A stretch of 64,000 bases of DNA from Hormiphora californensis (GCA_020137815.1 CM035358.1:4836001-4900000), one strand, 5' to 3'. Positions 13,462 through 27,684 are shown, numbered from the stretch's first letter. The notes: generated by a model from the letters alone, not told the origin. Translations and numbers: made by a program.

Positions 13462-16086
13462 TCTCTCCCTCTCTCTCCCCTAATCCCTCCTTCCTACAGA
13501 TGATGAAGAATGGTTCGACAAAATCCAACAATCAAATGCAGCAGAGGAAGAGGTAGCAGGAACTTCTGGAGCAGTCCCTACTACTGAGACCACAGATGAC
13601 ACCCCAAACATTGTAAGACAACACAGCATAATATGTGTTTGAGGGCTGTTATCAATTTAAGTTACCATGGTTACCAAATGATGCCAGTACGTCACTAGAA
13701 GTGATATCAGCACCGGGGTCAGGTGTATTATCACGTGTAACCAGTGTAACCCCTGTTTAGATTTACCGAGAGGGAGAAGAGGAGGAAGATGATGAGGAGG
13801 AGGAGAAGATTAAGAAGCGGAGTTGGAAGAGAAAGAGGAGCAAGAAATTCAAGGAAGCTGTCATCAAGCAGAAACCCGTCTTCAATCCAGGTATTTTAGA
13901 AAGGATTTCGGATTTGAGTTTGGTCCAAGAATCGGGTTTTATGATTTATCGAGTGTCAATTTTTTGTCAAGCATTTGGCATTTTGCCACCATTACACCCC
14001 CCCCCTTCAGATGAGGGCCCCTTCGAGCGATACTTTGACGAGTACTACAAGCTTGATTGTGAAGATGTAGTGGGGGATGTGAAATGCAGATTTGGGTACC
14101 GGAAAACCGAGGCATGCTCTTATGGTCTTACTGTTGATGAGGTAAACTTTTTTGTTTGTTTGGTTTGTTTTTTGTTTGTTAATTTGTTTGTTTGGTTTGT
14201 TTGTTTGTTTGTTTGTTTGTTTGTTTGTTTGTTTGTTTGTTTGTTTGTTTCGTTTGTTTGTTTCGTTTGTTTCGTTTGTTTCGTTTGTTTGTTTGTTTGT
14301 TTCGTTTGTTTGTTTCGTTTGTTTGTTACTCCAAGGTATGTCATTTCCCTCATCATATCAGTGTCATTGTTGAATCGGGCACCTGACATCTCTCTCACAT
14401 ATATCTTATCTCACCACTAGGCAATATCTCGTTATCAGTACTCTGATCTCAGATACTAATTAGGGGGAATTGCGGGTATATTCCTGCCACAGTGATTACA
14501 TGTGGAGTCATCAGTCATTTCCTTCATACCCTATCACTGACTTATCTCACTATCCCATACTGATCAGCGACACATAATGACAAGATAAATATATCCTGAT
14601 ATTAACATGTACTACAACTGTTTACTGTAAACATGGGACTTGTCATCCAAAATATGTTATGTTGAACTGAAGCAGAATCAGGGAGTGTGATGTTCATTAT
14701 TGGGCGTGGAGAGATAATGACCAAAATGTTCATGTCTGCACTCTGCAGTTCATTTTCAGAATCTCCACATGTCTTGGATCTGGGAAACCCCACAAATCCA
14801 TGTCAACAAAAATACAACGCCAATATGCCGGATATTTATGCCAGGCGTTCACATATAATATAGATCTCTTATTATATTCTTCACACCCAACTTATCCGAA
14901 CTTTTACACAGACTTCAGGGTTCTTGATGTGCTGCTAAATCCCCCCGTTTTCCCTTGTTGTTACTCAACAAGTTTTCCCTGCAGAATACCCGGCCCTTTG
15001 AAACCTCAAACACCATGCCAAACTCTTTTGAGAGGCTGATCCCTTCCAAACAGAATCTACTGTAGAATCTGTTTGGAAGAATTTCTACAGCAGAAAGATC
15101 TGAATCTCACTCCACTCTTTCATATTCTGGCACATGCAACCTTTCTATTCACCAAACACTGCCCCTTCCAAACGTACACTTTTCCTTCCCCATATTCTGT
15201 CCCTTCCAGACTTACACATTACCTCTCCCAGATTCAAGTGCTGACTAACTCCACTCTTTCAGATTCTGCGTGCTGACGACAAGGAGTTAAACCAGTGGTA
15301 CTCCTTCAAGAAAATGATGAAGTACAGGTCACGTGATCAAGAGTCACGTGACCTCCGGAAGTTTGGAAATTCAAAGAGGAACGAGTTTATGAAGAGGCAG
15401 ATACTGACAAGGTACGAGTCAGGAACCGACCGAATCAGGAAATACTGGTCCCTGATTGGCTGATAACCAGTCGCGTGACCTAAATAAGGAGTTCTGATTG
15501 GTTGTTTACTTGTTTCGATCGGTTCCTGGTACGAGTTAATAGCATCCTTCACCGACCCTTCTAGTTCTTTTGCAAAATGCGGTGAGAACTTTCCAATACA
15601 ATTTTATTTCTGAACAAGTGGTAGGGTAGCGACTGGCTATTTGAAATGGCGGCTAATTTGGTGCACCAGATTTGGATTTTTAGACATCAGTGGGCTAGTC
15701 AGAACTCATGCCAAGCCCACTGATGTCTAAAAATCCAAATCTAGTGGACCTGCTGGCCTGTAGAGGGGGTGTTTCAAATTAGCCGCCATTTCAAATAGCC
15801 AGTCGCTACCCTAAATGTTATGAATTTTGGCTTGGAATCTAGAATTTTCTGAACTAGGGGGTGCTTTGTTATGTTCTAACCCTCCCTTTACATTTGTAAA
15901 GGTAGGTGCGGGGCGTCCGAAACACAGTCTAGCAAGGGGTGCTGAGTTCGTTCACTTGATCGTTGGTATGGAATTCCTTCCAAGTCCATGGCAATTCAAG
16001 TTACAGTTATGTTCCGCCAAGCAGGCACACACTTTCCCACTCAACACCTCTTATAAATTGCTCTGAACTTCCATTTAACACTACCA

Positions 16087-16129
<43 letters not shown>

Positions 16130-16891
16130 CTCTCCCGTACTTCCTCTCCCTGAACTTCCAACCTATTTTCTCTCTTCCACGGAACTTCCACTCTCGAAAG
16201 AATTCACACTTGACTGCAACACAAAGCAAGCTGCAATTAACTAATCGCTCTCAACAAGAATTCAGTACTCCCCCAATTGTTCAGAAACAATTGAAAGAAA
16301 GACTCTGTCTCTCTTTATCTCTCAACCCTCAACAACAAAGCAAGAGCGGGGGTCAAGAACCGCAATTACGGGTGTTACTTGTTCTATTAAGTACCTCTTG
16401 TTAGTTCAAGTACCACAAGTATTTGTCTCGCATCTAAAACTTCGTCGCTCAGTCAAGCGTGGAATACTGCCAAATTACCCCTCTCTACCTTTGGGCCTTG
16501 ACACATACACGAGAGTATTATATTTTTAAACCTTCCCAAAATTCAAATTCTGAAATCTACCCAATTACCGCAATTACCTATTAGCAGATCTAATTAAGTA
16601 TTAACCTTAAAAACATCTTTCAGTCTATACGAGGAGGTAAAACCCGAACCAGTACAAATCGAGAACCTCCCTGCTGTATCACCACCCGAACCTGATGATG
16701 CCACTGAAGAACCTGCTGCATCCGTGACAGAAAAGAAAAAGAAGAAACGAAAGGAGAATGGGGATGAGGTGGAAACAACAGGAACGACAACAGGTGAAGT
16801 GGTTATAAAGAACTCTAAAAAACGGAAATCAGCGGCTGGAAAGGGTGCAGCTCTTAGCGAGGCTAGGTTGGCTGCTTACGGTCTCTCGTGA
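9848..16891 (+). CDS. KRI1: Protein KRI1 homolog (40S ribosome biogenesis), 13 coding exons
   Basis: Exons ~9848-9947, 10733-10818, 11083-11279, 11509-11677, 11872-12059, 12194-12302, 12545-12643, 12791-13034, 13500-13612, 13761-13890, 14011-14141, 15263-15411, 16624-16891. Motifs INKEYAARFEHNKKREEL, KSRDPEIYD, FERKFNFRFEEP, DEYYKLDCED, ADDKELNQW, RLAAYGL. Confidence 0.93.
14148..14327 (+). repeat. (GTTT)n microsatellite just after a KRI1 splice donor
   Basis: Direct reading; includes GTTTC variants. Confidence 0.95.
15420..15528. mobile_element. 109-bp hAT-type MITE
   Basis: TIR CAGGAACCGA...TCGGTTCCTG; 8-bp TSD GTACGAGT (15412-19, 15529-36); second copy at 47373. Confidence 0.9.
15622..15813. 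mobile_element. ~190-bp MITE with a nested internal inverted repeat
   Basis: 39-bp TIR TAGGGTAGCGACTGGCTATTTGAAATGGCGGCTAATTTG and its reverse complement, plus an inner ~30-bp IR. Confidence 0.8.
15895..16503. mobile_element. Possible solo LTR in the last KRI1 intron
   Basis: TGTAAAGG...CCTTGACA termini; flanks CATT/CATA (3 of 4 match). No internal coding sequence. Confidence 0.3.
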
Positions 16892-17258
16892 TCTCTCTTT
16901 TACACATGATCTCTTTCTCAAATATCTCTCTAGAGAATCATTGAGTTTCTCTCAGACATGGCTTCTAGAGAGTTCCGTTGAGAAGAAAAGAGATCAGGGG
17001 ATCAGTTATTGTCCTTTTTTTAAAACGTTTTGACTCTGTTTTAGACACCTAATTTATTTCCACACCCCCTTTAGCCACGTCTACAAAACTGTCTTTCCAA
17101 TAATATTACACGTGAAATAAATCATCTCTCTCACGTCCCTCTCTATTACAGTCTCTCTGTTTCTCACTCGGATTTTCGGTGATCCATCTTCGTCACCTTT
17201 AGGTCATATCTGTATATCAAATGCAGTCAGGATTTACACGTGTTCTTCCACGTGTTGC

Positions 17259-18938
17259 TCATCTTAGGATAAAGATTGTAGAGAAGAGAAGTAATAATGC
17301 TGTTGATTTGCACCGACCTGAAAGATGGGGGTGTTAGAGTGTTAGGACTTACAAGACAAATCCAACCAAAAAACTATTAAAAACCCTATACGAGAAGGAG
17401 AGAACTCAGTATCCCAGGTTCAGCTATGACGTCACAATAAATCTAATACCTACCAGCACTATTAAAGACAGTATCAGTCCCGTCCTATACAACAACTAAA
17501 TCCAGTACCTACCAGCACTGTTAAAGACAGTATCCGTCCCGTCCTCATCATTTAATGTGTTCCGCAGGGTCTGTGTGTTGTCCACACTGTCCTTGTTATC
17601 AACTATCATTTGGGGAAGCTCCGTCCGTGCGTATCCATAGTTATCAAAACCTGCAGAGTGGTGGATTGTAAGGGGTCCTGGTGGATGGTTGATATGGTTA
17701 TTTAAAATGCCATAATTGTTGTGATACCCTCCCCCCTGGTAAAAACGGTTGTAATGTCCTAACTGGGTGACGGAGATCGTCATTTGTAAACCGAAACTGT
17801 CTTGTGTGATGTAATATTGTAAATGGTTTTCCGGTTTAAAACTGCATGTGTCTCTAAGTCAAAAAAGTTACAGTACCCGTCGCCCGAAAGGTGCGCTAAA
17901 ATTCGCATCACGTTTCCTTGAACGCCTTTCCTACAATGTGAGCATGCGTGTCTAAAGACACAAAACCCCGACTAAATCCCCCTCTGTGCAGTATATCTGT
18001 TAATTGGGCGTTAATTGGGTAATTACCATTGCAGAGGTCATTAGTACAACGTGTAATAGTACATGTGCAGTCAGGACTATACTTCACACACTGAGTTCGC
18101 TCTACCAAACACACTTGCTCTGAAGAAGGGAGGTGGTTAGAAATCAACGGGTTAATTAATACCAATTAACTATCGCCTATATATTTTGTGAAGCCTGAAT
18201 CAATATTATTGACCAACCGAACCAACTCGAAAGTAGCAAAAACTAAGAAATTAATTGCTACCCAATAACCGTTAGTCATGGTTACCATGGTAACTTACCG
18301 TTACTTCTGGTTACCATGGTAACTTACCGTTAGTCATGGCTGATGGAATACACAATCTCTCAATTGTAGTTTCAGCTGCCCCGAAGACGCTGCTATTGCT
18401 TGTGATAATGTAGGCACAATCTCCAAAACATGGGTGACTGACTTGCTCACATTCCTTCGGTCGGAGCTGGTCTTCCTTACAGATGAAACACTGTAGTCCA
18501 CTAACTGATAGGGATAGGCGAATTATAGATATTCCTGATTCACTCTCTGGGTCGATCGTATAATTATAGGATAAATGGGTGAACGGAACGGTTCTAAAAA
18601 TAGCCGGTTTTTGGGCAGCATTTTTTTCGCACGAGCCGCCGTCATAGCCGTTGGTCTATATTTCCTTCCCACAAGTTTTAAAAGAAATTCAGCTGTCAAT
18701 AACTTCCCCTAACTCCCTCTCCACTTATCTATATTCCTTCCCACTCTCTACTATCTCTACTAGCCCACAATTTTGCCTGACTGGACGCAGAAACTGTTTT
18801 GCATTCAAATTTGAGCGTCCACTAGTGCACTCAGATTGGGGCTCTCAAGACATAATTTAACCAACAAATTGGACTCTTACCTGAAACTACCAAGATTTGG
18901 AGTAGACAGATGAGTTGAAGAGTTGTAGTCTTTATCAT
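17259..18938 (-). CDS. Secreted, probably GPI-anchored Ly6/uPAR (three-finger, sleepless/quiver-like) protein, ~175 aa
   Basis: Exons 18938-18881, 18504-18328, 18119-18027, 17650-17513, 17317-17259 with phase-1 introns. Signal peptide MIKTTTLQLICLLQILVVS, LQCFIC start, CTCTITRCTNDLCN end, NSAG followed by hydrophobic tail ALLLLFSTIFILR. Confidence 0.78.
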
Positions 18939-21379
18939 TGTACTGTTAGAGCATCCCTAAAACAAGCATATAGGGATACATTATAATTAAGTTGTTAGAT
19001 TGTAGATAGAGAGATAAAAAGCACGGGGTCGAAGGAAGATAGTGAGCGATAAAATGGTCGGTGAACTATACTATAGAAAGATATGGAGAGTTGAGCCGAT
19101 AAATAGAGAGAAAATACGATATTACATATAGGTCTAAAGTTTTCCAGAAGGCAAGGTAAAAAGGAACGGAGGAAGGTTGGTAGAAACCTTATAACATCAG
19201 CAGGAACACTATCACACACACAACTGTCACACGCACTCTCTCGCAGCATATTCATTATCTGACACTGACAGAGATTGCCGGTAAAAAACAGCATCACACA
19301 TCAGACAGACGTTACTGGCGCTACGGGGGAGGATGGAGTACGCATGGACAAAATAGGAAGAAATATAGGTCCCATTAGCTAGACTACCATGGACGTGACA
19401 TTGGAGAGTAAAGAGACAACCAGGTCTGTGACCTGTTCAAAATGATCAGTGACACGGCCAGGAAATGTTAAAAAGTGTCATCCAAGCTTTGATCTATGCC
19501 GTTTTGAGTTCCACGCTAATTCTTGGGTCAAATAAACTCTGACACTAAATAGTGTTTCTATTTCTTAATTTAAAAAAATTCAATGCCGCATTTAAAACTG
19601 CCAGAAATAAAATCGAATGCTTTGCCTGCTTTAGCTGTTATGTTAATGGATTGTAAAAAACGAATGTCCAACGGCAAATTCAAAAGAAGATAAAATAAGA
19701 GAAGATAATAAAAAAACAGCTCAAAGTACAAAAACTATATGGGACACCCTGTAGAGCCCAAGCAAACTAAAACACAGACAAATTTAACCTAACAAATAAC
19801 CCACACGGCCACCAATAGCTCAGCTATTAGCTGTTGTAACGGCCCGAATCATCACACCTACATACGAAATCCAATTTCTCGGTTCGCATCTCTCGAGAGC
19901 TCTGGAGGAGGCTGCCGATGCAACAGTTCTGCTAGGGGGTACGGAAATGCACTTCGCACCCCCTGACCGCATACCATACGGGCCATGATCCGAAATTCTC
20001 GGTAATTTATGTAGGGAGAGAAGGAGAAGGAGAGAGGGGGAGTGAAAGAGAGAAAGAGAGAGAGAGGGGGAGTGAAAGATAAAAGAGAGTGAGAGAGAGT
20101 GTGTGTGAAGGATCGAGTTCTTGACACTTTACCTAGGGTGAAGAGGAAATGGAGTGCAACCGCAAGGCACCTCGCCTCCCTCTGTGCTATTGTGAAGTTG
20201 GGGAAGAGGTACTGAAGAGAGAGAAAGATAGGAGAGGAAGAAAGATAGCTCGGAGGGGAAGATTCTCACACAGCCAGAGTTATTATAGAACGCAGCTCGT
20301 GGGATTCATTGTTCTCAAACAGCAGTGGGGGTGTACTCAATAGCATATCGTCTGCAGTACCTGATACACAACTGCAGAGTAAATGACGCTTGTAGAAGAT
20401 AGAGATGTAACGGGTAGAAGCTTGTAGAAGTCGGTTAGAAACTATGTAGAAGATTGTTGCAAGTAAAAATATAGATATATTAAGATAGAGAGAGAGCTAG
20501 AGAGAGAGAGTCGAGAGACGGAAGGGGAAGACGATTTGCTGAACGCGATTATTATAGGACGCATGTTAGACATTATTTATGGAAAGTAATGTGATAATTA
20601 GGAAGAACCAGAGAGTGGAGGAGATCAGATAGACAGAGAAAGAGAGAGCTAAAAAGAAGAGGGAGAGTTAGTTAGAGTTAGTAGATACAAACTTAAATGA
20701 ACGGATAACTACACAGATAAACATGAACAGAGACAGACATAGTTAGATCTAACTAATTATCGATAATATAAAGAGGAATTGAATTTCACTGATACGTCGC
20801 GGTCGATTAAGTCGGAATAAATTAATAAAGACAACTGTTTCAAACAGAATTGTTTGTTTGGACATGGTCATAATCCATGATTCACGTTTTTGAAAAACGA
20901 CATACCATCCACTAATTTAGAAAACCAAGCCACCTTAAAGAATTTCAAGGACATGAATTTGATGACGTTTTTATGACATGAAAACATGAATTTGATACAA
21001 AATTATGTCGAAGGTGAAGAAACGTAGAAATGTAACAACGTTAGTTCATAATGGTGATGATGAAAGTAAAATTAAAGTAAACTGTGAGCTGGAAGTGAAG
21101 CTATAATCTTAAATCATCTTAGAAAATATCGTTACATCATTCATAACTTATACTAATTATAGATTCAAGGACTCCTATTCGTATCAGAAATATTAAACAT
21201 TATGCTACATGGACTGAAATTAACGACTCATTAACACCGAAATAGGAAATGTAAGGCAAAAACAAATGGAATAGATAGAGAAAGATAGATCAGATAGAAA
21301 ATTATAGATCAGAGAGACAATGATAAACAATATGATAGATAGGGAAAACAGGAAATGTTAATATGAATCGCATAATTTA

Positions 21380-23360
21380 GTCAGTGTGACGCGGGTTTTT
21401 ATTTGGGTGGGGTTTTGGGAGACACGGGGGGGGGTTTTTAAGGACAGAGTTTGAGGAAAGGGAAGAGAAAAAAACGCCAAAAACAAAAACCCAAAAGCAA
21501 AACCCCGATGACCTCCCGGCCATTTCTCTTTCTATCATGCAACAACAAGTTAGTGGCAAGCGACGACAACAATATCTCCGATAATTGATACAACAAAGCT
21601 AACTTTAAGAACCCCCCGAGAGAAAGGGGGAAAAAGAAAAAAATAAAAGAACCCCCCCCCCCCCCTTTTTCTCTCCTCTCCACTTCTTCTTTCTCTCTCT
21701 CTCTCTCTTCTTCTCTCTCTTTCTCTCTCTCTCTCTCCTCTCTCTCAAAAATTAGTTGGGAAAAGGTTTTTGCCTTTTTTGGGGTGTTGTATCCTACAAA
21801 TTGGGACACTGTACTAATTGACACAGTCAGGGGGCCGCATGCGCCCCTCCGGGTAGTCTGAAACCCAAACAAAACCCCAATATAAAAAGTTTTGGGAAAA
21901 GGCAGCTAAAGTTTGCAGATACACGGAAGTGGGTCTATAGGATCAGCTAATTGTCTTTTCCCGGGGTTGTAAATTTATAATCGAATTTCAGGGGGGCCCA
22001 AATTTTAACTGAACTTGACAGGTACGAAAAAGAAAAACAAATATGACGTATAAAAAATTTTGTGCAAATAAGGGGGGTGCTACGGAACTGTCTATACCGG
22101 CTCAGCTTCAGTGTTTAGAAGTAGGTAGTGGTAGAGTGTGTACTGTGCCGTCTAATATACTCTAGTAAATTGAGGTGTAAGTCATAACTAAGTTAACTTC
22201 TTAAGTAGTAGTTGCAGCATGCAGTAGCGTCGCTATAATATACTTTCGAGCACTTTTTTCAGCTGGGTACCTTCTCTTCCGGGGAAAAACTATTTCAACA
22301 CTTTTCTCTCCCCTTCTCTCTTCAAATTCCTCCCCCGGGCCCTCCCCTCCATTTTTCCCGCTTGTGTGGGTTTTTGGGGGTGGGAAATTTAATTTAAAAT
22401 TTAAAAAATATTTGTGTGGTTTAAAATTTAAAAAAATTTTGGCCCGGGGTTGTGGGGAATAATAGGATAAAAAAAAAACCCCAATGAAAAAACTTTACGT
22501 AGGAGAGGAATAGTAAAATTTTGGGGGAAAATTTTTAATTTAATTAAGGAAAAGGAGAGGGGGGGGTGGAAAAAACGCCGGGGGTTTCCAAAAAATAAAA
22601 AGGCAAAAACTCTTTTTCCCCCTTCCGGCCCTTTTCCCCCTTTCCCCCCCCAAAAAAAAAAAAATTTTTTTTTTTTTTTTTTTTCCCCCCCTTTTTTTTC
22701 CCCCTTCCCCTCCCTTTTTTTTTCCCCCTCTTTCTTATTTCCCCTTCCCCTTCTCTTTTTCCCCCCTCTCCCCTTTTCCCCTTCCTCTTTCCCTTTTTTC
22801 CCCCCCAAAAAAAACCCCCCCCCCCCCTTATCCCCCCTTTACTCTTCCCCCCCCCCCTTTCCTCTTTTTTCGGCATCCCCCCCCAAAAAAAACTTTACAA
22901 AACAGCCCCGCCGTCTTTTCCCGGGGGACCCCCCCCCCTTTCCCTTCTTTCCAATGTGTTAAAATTGGCGGGTTTTTTTCAAATTTGGGGGGGCCCCTTT
23001 TGGGTTAAAAAATTTTGGGGGGGGGGGGGGGGAAAAAAAAAAAGGGAAAAAGGGTGAAAAGGGGGGGGGGGGGGGGGGGGGGGGTTTAAAATAAAAACTT
23101 TAAAAAGGGGGGGAAAACCCCTTTTTACTCCCTTCTCCCCTTTTTGGGGTTTTTGGCCCAAATTTCCACTCCTTCTTCAAAAAATCGTTTCCCTTTTTTT
23201 TCTATCACCTCTGGTTTTCCTTCTTGGGAAAAACCCCGTTTCGGGTTTTTAAATTTTCTTCGGGACTCTTCCCCTTTACTTCGGGGACGTTTCCTCCCGA
23301 CCCTTCGTCTTTTGCTCCCGTTGCAGGGCTTTTTCATTTTCCCCCAAAAAGGGGGAGGAA
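21380..23360. other. Low-quality, homopolymer-inflated sequence (likely unpolished read)
   Basis: Abrupt switch to runs of G, C, A and T of 5-20 nt, strongest at 22250-23200. Confidence 0.75.
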
Positions 23361-23714
23361 AACGTACCACAACAGCCCGCCCACTATATCCCGCCCTGTC
23401 ACTCGCTTCACACCCCCGCCATTTCAGTATCAAATGGTCATATTTTTGACAAAGAGACGATACCCCATCATGTAACCAGTATAATAATGGAAGAGACAGT
23501 TATACAAGAGACAGCACAGACCAGATACTGATAGTCGCAGGTACCCATGCCGCGTGTGTAACAGATGTGCGTGTTCGAATTGCAATGTAATAACGTTGAT
23601 GACGGTAAAAGTTCAATTTCAAATTAATAGGAGAGTTGGAGCACACGGCGTGTGTCATGAGGATTCAGATAATAAGGAAGAGAGAGGGAGGGAGAGAGAG
23701 AGAGGGAGGGAGAG

Positions 23715-23775
<61 letters not shown>

Positions 23776-24744
23776 TCTCACTCGAGTGAATGAGAGACTG
23801 ATAGATAGAGTGAGAGAGACTGAGGGAGACTCCACATTGTCTCACTCCCTTCTCCACAACATGGTTTGGGAATGATAGTGGGCTCAAATTTCCACTGCCA
23901 TTACTTCGGAACGAATAACGATGGTTCCTAAAATTTTGTCCGAGTATCACCTCTGGTTTCCAATTGACTGAAAGAAAACGATCGCGTTTCAAGGATTTTT
24001 ATGGAATTTATCTATAACGGGAACAAGTCCTATGCATTTTGACGTATCGGGATCGACGAATTTCATCAATCCCAGACCCAGTTCGTCAAAAATGCATACT
24101 TGCTCCCGTCATAGCAGTAGTTGTCTTCCCTGTGTTCAATCCCTTTCAATTTTCATGATGAAAGGGATGGGGCGAAGACAACCTTTCTCTCGAAGCTAGG
24201 GTTGAAATGACATAGATCGATTGATTGTAGATAAGAAATAGAGATATATGATTGATCTAGTGAGTGATTGAGATAGATTGACCTCTCCCTCTGAATAGTG
24301 ACTGATATCCTCACTAAGTGAAAGTGCAGCACCAATTGAGGCTAGACGATAGTGGTGTGTCCATTAGAAGTTTACCAGCTGATAAATTATTAGATAGAGA
24401 TGGAGAGGGAGAGTGAGAGAGAGAGAGAAAGCGAGAGACAGATTGTGAGAGGGAGGGAGGTTAGAAAGATTTAGCACAGAGTGGGTCAATAGACTGAAGA
24501 TTGAAGGGAGAGAGAGGGCTTATTTTGAGAAGATTGGAAAGATTTAGTACAGAGTGGGTCAATATACTGAAGAGAGAGGGAGTATGTTGAGGAGAACGAT
24601 TTGAGAGAATGGTATCACTGTCAGCTTGTTCAACAGTTGCTAATGGATGGTAGTGATGCTGTAGACGGAGAGGGAGAGAGGGAGAGGCGATAGTAGGAGA
24701 GGGGACAGTAGGACAGAGGGAGAGAGAAGGAGAGAGAAGCTTCT

Positions 24745-24814
24745 CTTAGAGGCCTCTCCTACTCTTCCTCTCTCCTTCTAGAAGGAGAGAGGAAGAGTAG
24801 GAGAGGCCTCTAAG
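24745..24814. repeat. Perfect 70-bp palindrome with no spacer
   Basis: CTTAGAGGCCTCTCCTACTCTTCCTCTCTCCTTCT followed directly by its exact reverse complement. Confidence 0.95.
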
Positions 24815-25372
24815 TCTCTAGGAAGAGTAGGAGAGGGGGCTGGGAGAGCTAGTAGGAGACAGATCGTTCAATGGCGCTGGCAAGTTGCTCTAAAAGTAAA
24901 ACATTCAATTTCGCATCAATTCTGACGAAGTCGGTGAGAATATCTGCTGCATATATTGGGAGGGAAACTACTGAAACTGCACTCTCTTTGCCCAAGTAAT
25001 AAATGATATATTAACGGTGAATAATTACTAGTTGGTCATACGTGGCCTCTCATATACAACAGACATGGAGTCTCTCACTTGCCCTCTGCTGCACTACTAA
25101 ATATCGGTCTCACGCTCGCACTTTCAATAACGTATCTAAAGTAACATCGTGGTAGCAAGTGACAACCTATTATGTATTATCCTAACTGATAAGTAGCCTA
25201 TGAGATTATTGATCAACCAATAATACTACAGCTGTATACCAAAAACTCAACTATACTGTCGGATAAGCGTTATGACAATGCACTAGGCGAAGACAAAAGA
25301 TCCAGCGAATCGAGGGAGGGTGGGAGAGTTGGACTAGTGATGAACACGTCCTTTCCCTGCCCCTCTCGGGCC

Positions 25373-25492
<120 letters not shown>

Positions 25493-27642
25493 CAAATGGA
25501 CAAAAGACTAGCTCAACAACAGAGAGGGGGGAGGTGATTAGTATATTCACGAGGGTTATCGTTCTCCACGGGTCGGGATTGTACCTCGAGTCGCTTGGAG
25601 AATAGAAATTGGGAGAGGGAGAGAGACTTTGTCGTTAGTGAGCGGAGACAAATCAGAATAAACTAGCAACAGAGAAGCAAATTAAAATGTGTCACCTTGT
25701 GGTTTCAGGTCTGTCTGAGTCGGGGTGGGATCAAGGCATCTGCAGAGGGAAAGAGGGGAGGAGGAGGAGGGGTCAGAGGGGAGCTGATGTTGTGATTTAT
25801 TGAACAATGGCTAATGATAGTAAGGCGAATAATGTCACCCACAATAAGAATAATGGTCTGAGTCTAGCAAGGCCAGGTGAAGCAACAAGGGAGGGATAGG
25901 TATGGAATATATTGAGAGTGAAAATCCACAGCAAAATCCTTGCCGAATTTAAAAAACTGGAGGGCCGGAAAATCGACTGACAGGAGGGCGTCAGGGTGAG
26001 TAGCTAGCGATAAGACATGGTGCAATTATATCGATGACTGAAAGGTGGTAATATGAGGGGCTTATATTATGGGTAAATTTAGGAGTCCCTCTTACCGGTG
26101 AACCGGTAAAAGGGACTCCTAGATGGGGTTGCCGGTTGAGACTCTAGATGGGGCCGATGGGGGTTGGGCCGCCATATGTTGTAGTTACAGTTGCGGGAGT
26201 CCAAAATGCACATATCTCTGTAGGAGCATACACTAATCGTTGATTGCATTTGCCCCATTTCATTCTCTCTCTAGCCTGTTCAGATCAAATCAGATAATGA
26301 AAGAAGGAGAGGTACCTGGATGAGCCAAAGAGAGAGAGACTCTGAACTAGTCCCTGTCTCACAATGGAGGGACGATGTAGAACTAGACACTGAGCGGGCA
26401 TGGTACTACCGAATTAATGATAGTACAAAATCAAAGAACATATGAGATCACAATTATATTCAAAGTTCCCTGCCTGAGTACCTGGATTAGAGCACGTGTA
26501 AAATCGATAGAGTTCAGGAGAGACAAGGGGAGAATAAGGGGTGAGAGAGAAGAGAGAGAGAATCGAGCGGGTGGATGGAGAAGAAGGAGTGAGGGGGGTA
26601 GCAGATTTGCTGCTATTAGAAATTAGTGCACGGGTGTAATAAACCGTGTCGAGCGGAGAGGGTGGAGAGAGAGAGGGGTGGAGAGAGAGGGGGTGGAGAG
26701 GGGGCGTTCTGTCATTAGTGGTTTCTATATTGCACCATATAACAGTACCCCTGAACACCATTACCCTCAATCTGCCCCCCTCTCTTATCAATTAACATCA
26801 AAATTGCATAAATTCAAGATCAAATCTAGCACATAAGAATTGCAATGTTCAGTAAATTACTACATGTAATATAAAGTAACAACTCCTTAGTGTAATTATA
26901 CTAGGAGACTTAAAATGATAAACGATTCAATAGGCTCACTTGCACTTCAAATATGCAGGCTAACAAGAGAGTTAGGGTATTCGGTATACACAGGTTTACG
27001 CGTTGTCGTAGGACGTCAAACACCCTCTCTCTCTCTCGCGTGACAAGAAAAACGGGAGAGATGGCTTGGAAGATATGAGAGAGAGAGAGTCAGGGAGATA
27101 GATACGAATAGAGAGAGACCAGTCTCTGATTAGCCAAATTACGCGGGCAGCAGTCAGAGGGAGAGAGGGGTACATAAAGGGAGACTGGAGAGAGGGAGAG
27201 ATGTACCTGAGAGAAAGCTGACATGGTGAGAGAGAGTGACAAGTGCCCGTCAAAATATCCTTTGTACGTCTAGGGCTGAACAGGGTTCTACTTAGACACA
27301 GACCACAGCACCTGCCACAACCCTATCTGCTTAGTTTAGTCTAGACCTCGCTCAAGTTGATAATTCACATTCACTCGTCAAATAGGGCAGGAATGAACAC
27401 TTTGATAGCCGTAGACAGAAGTTGCAAAGGGGTGGGACACAGCATACACGTTCTGCAGCTATTGAAGGGGGACTGGTAGCGTGTAACATGGTATTGGTAT
27501 GATGGTGTTGTAGGTGGGACCGATGGAAGGACAATGGAAGCGCCTACCAACGAAGGCGATTGATTGAAACCTGTCTATCTGACTCTCTCCCTCTCTGTCT
27601 CTCTCTTTCTTCCTCTCTGTCTCTCTCCCTTTCTCTCTCTCC

Positions 27643-27682
<40 letters not shown>

Positions 27683-27684
27683 CT

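Noticed and set aside
19835-21370. Possible LTR element starting TGTAACGG
   Set aside because: No matching end, TSD, PBS or gag/pol sequence found.
22250-23360. G/K/F/P-rich ORFs and G-quadruplex-like runs
   Set aside because: Homopolymer inflation typical of poor-quality sequence.
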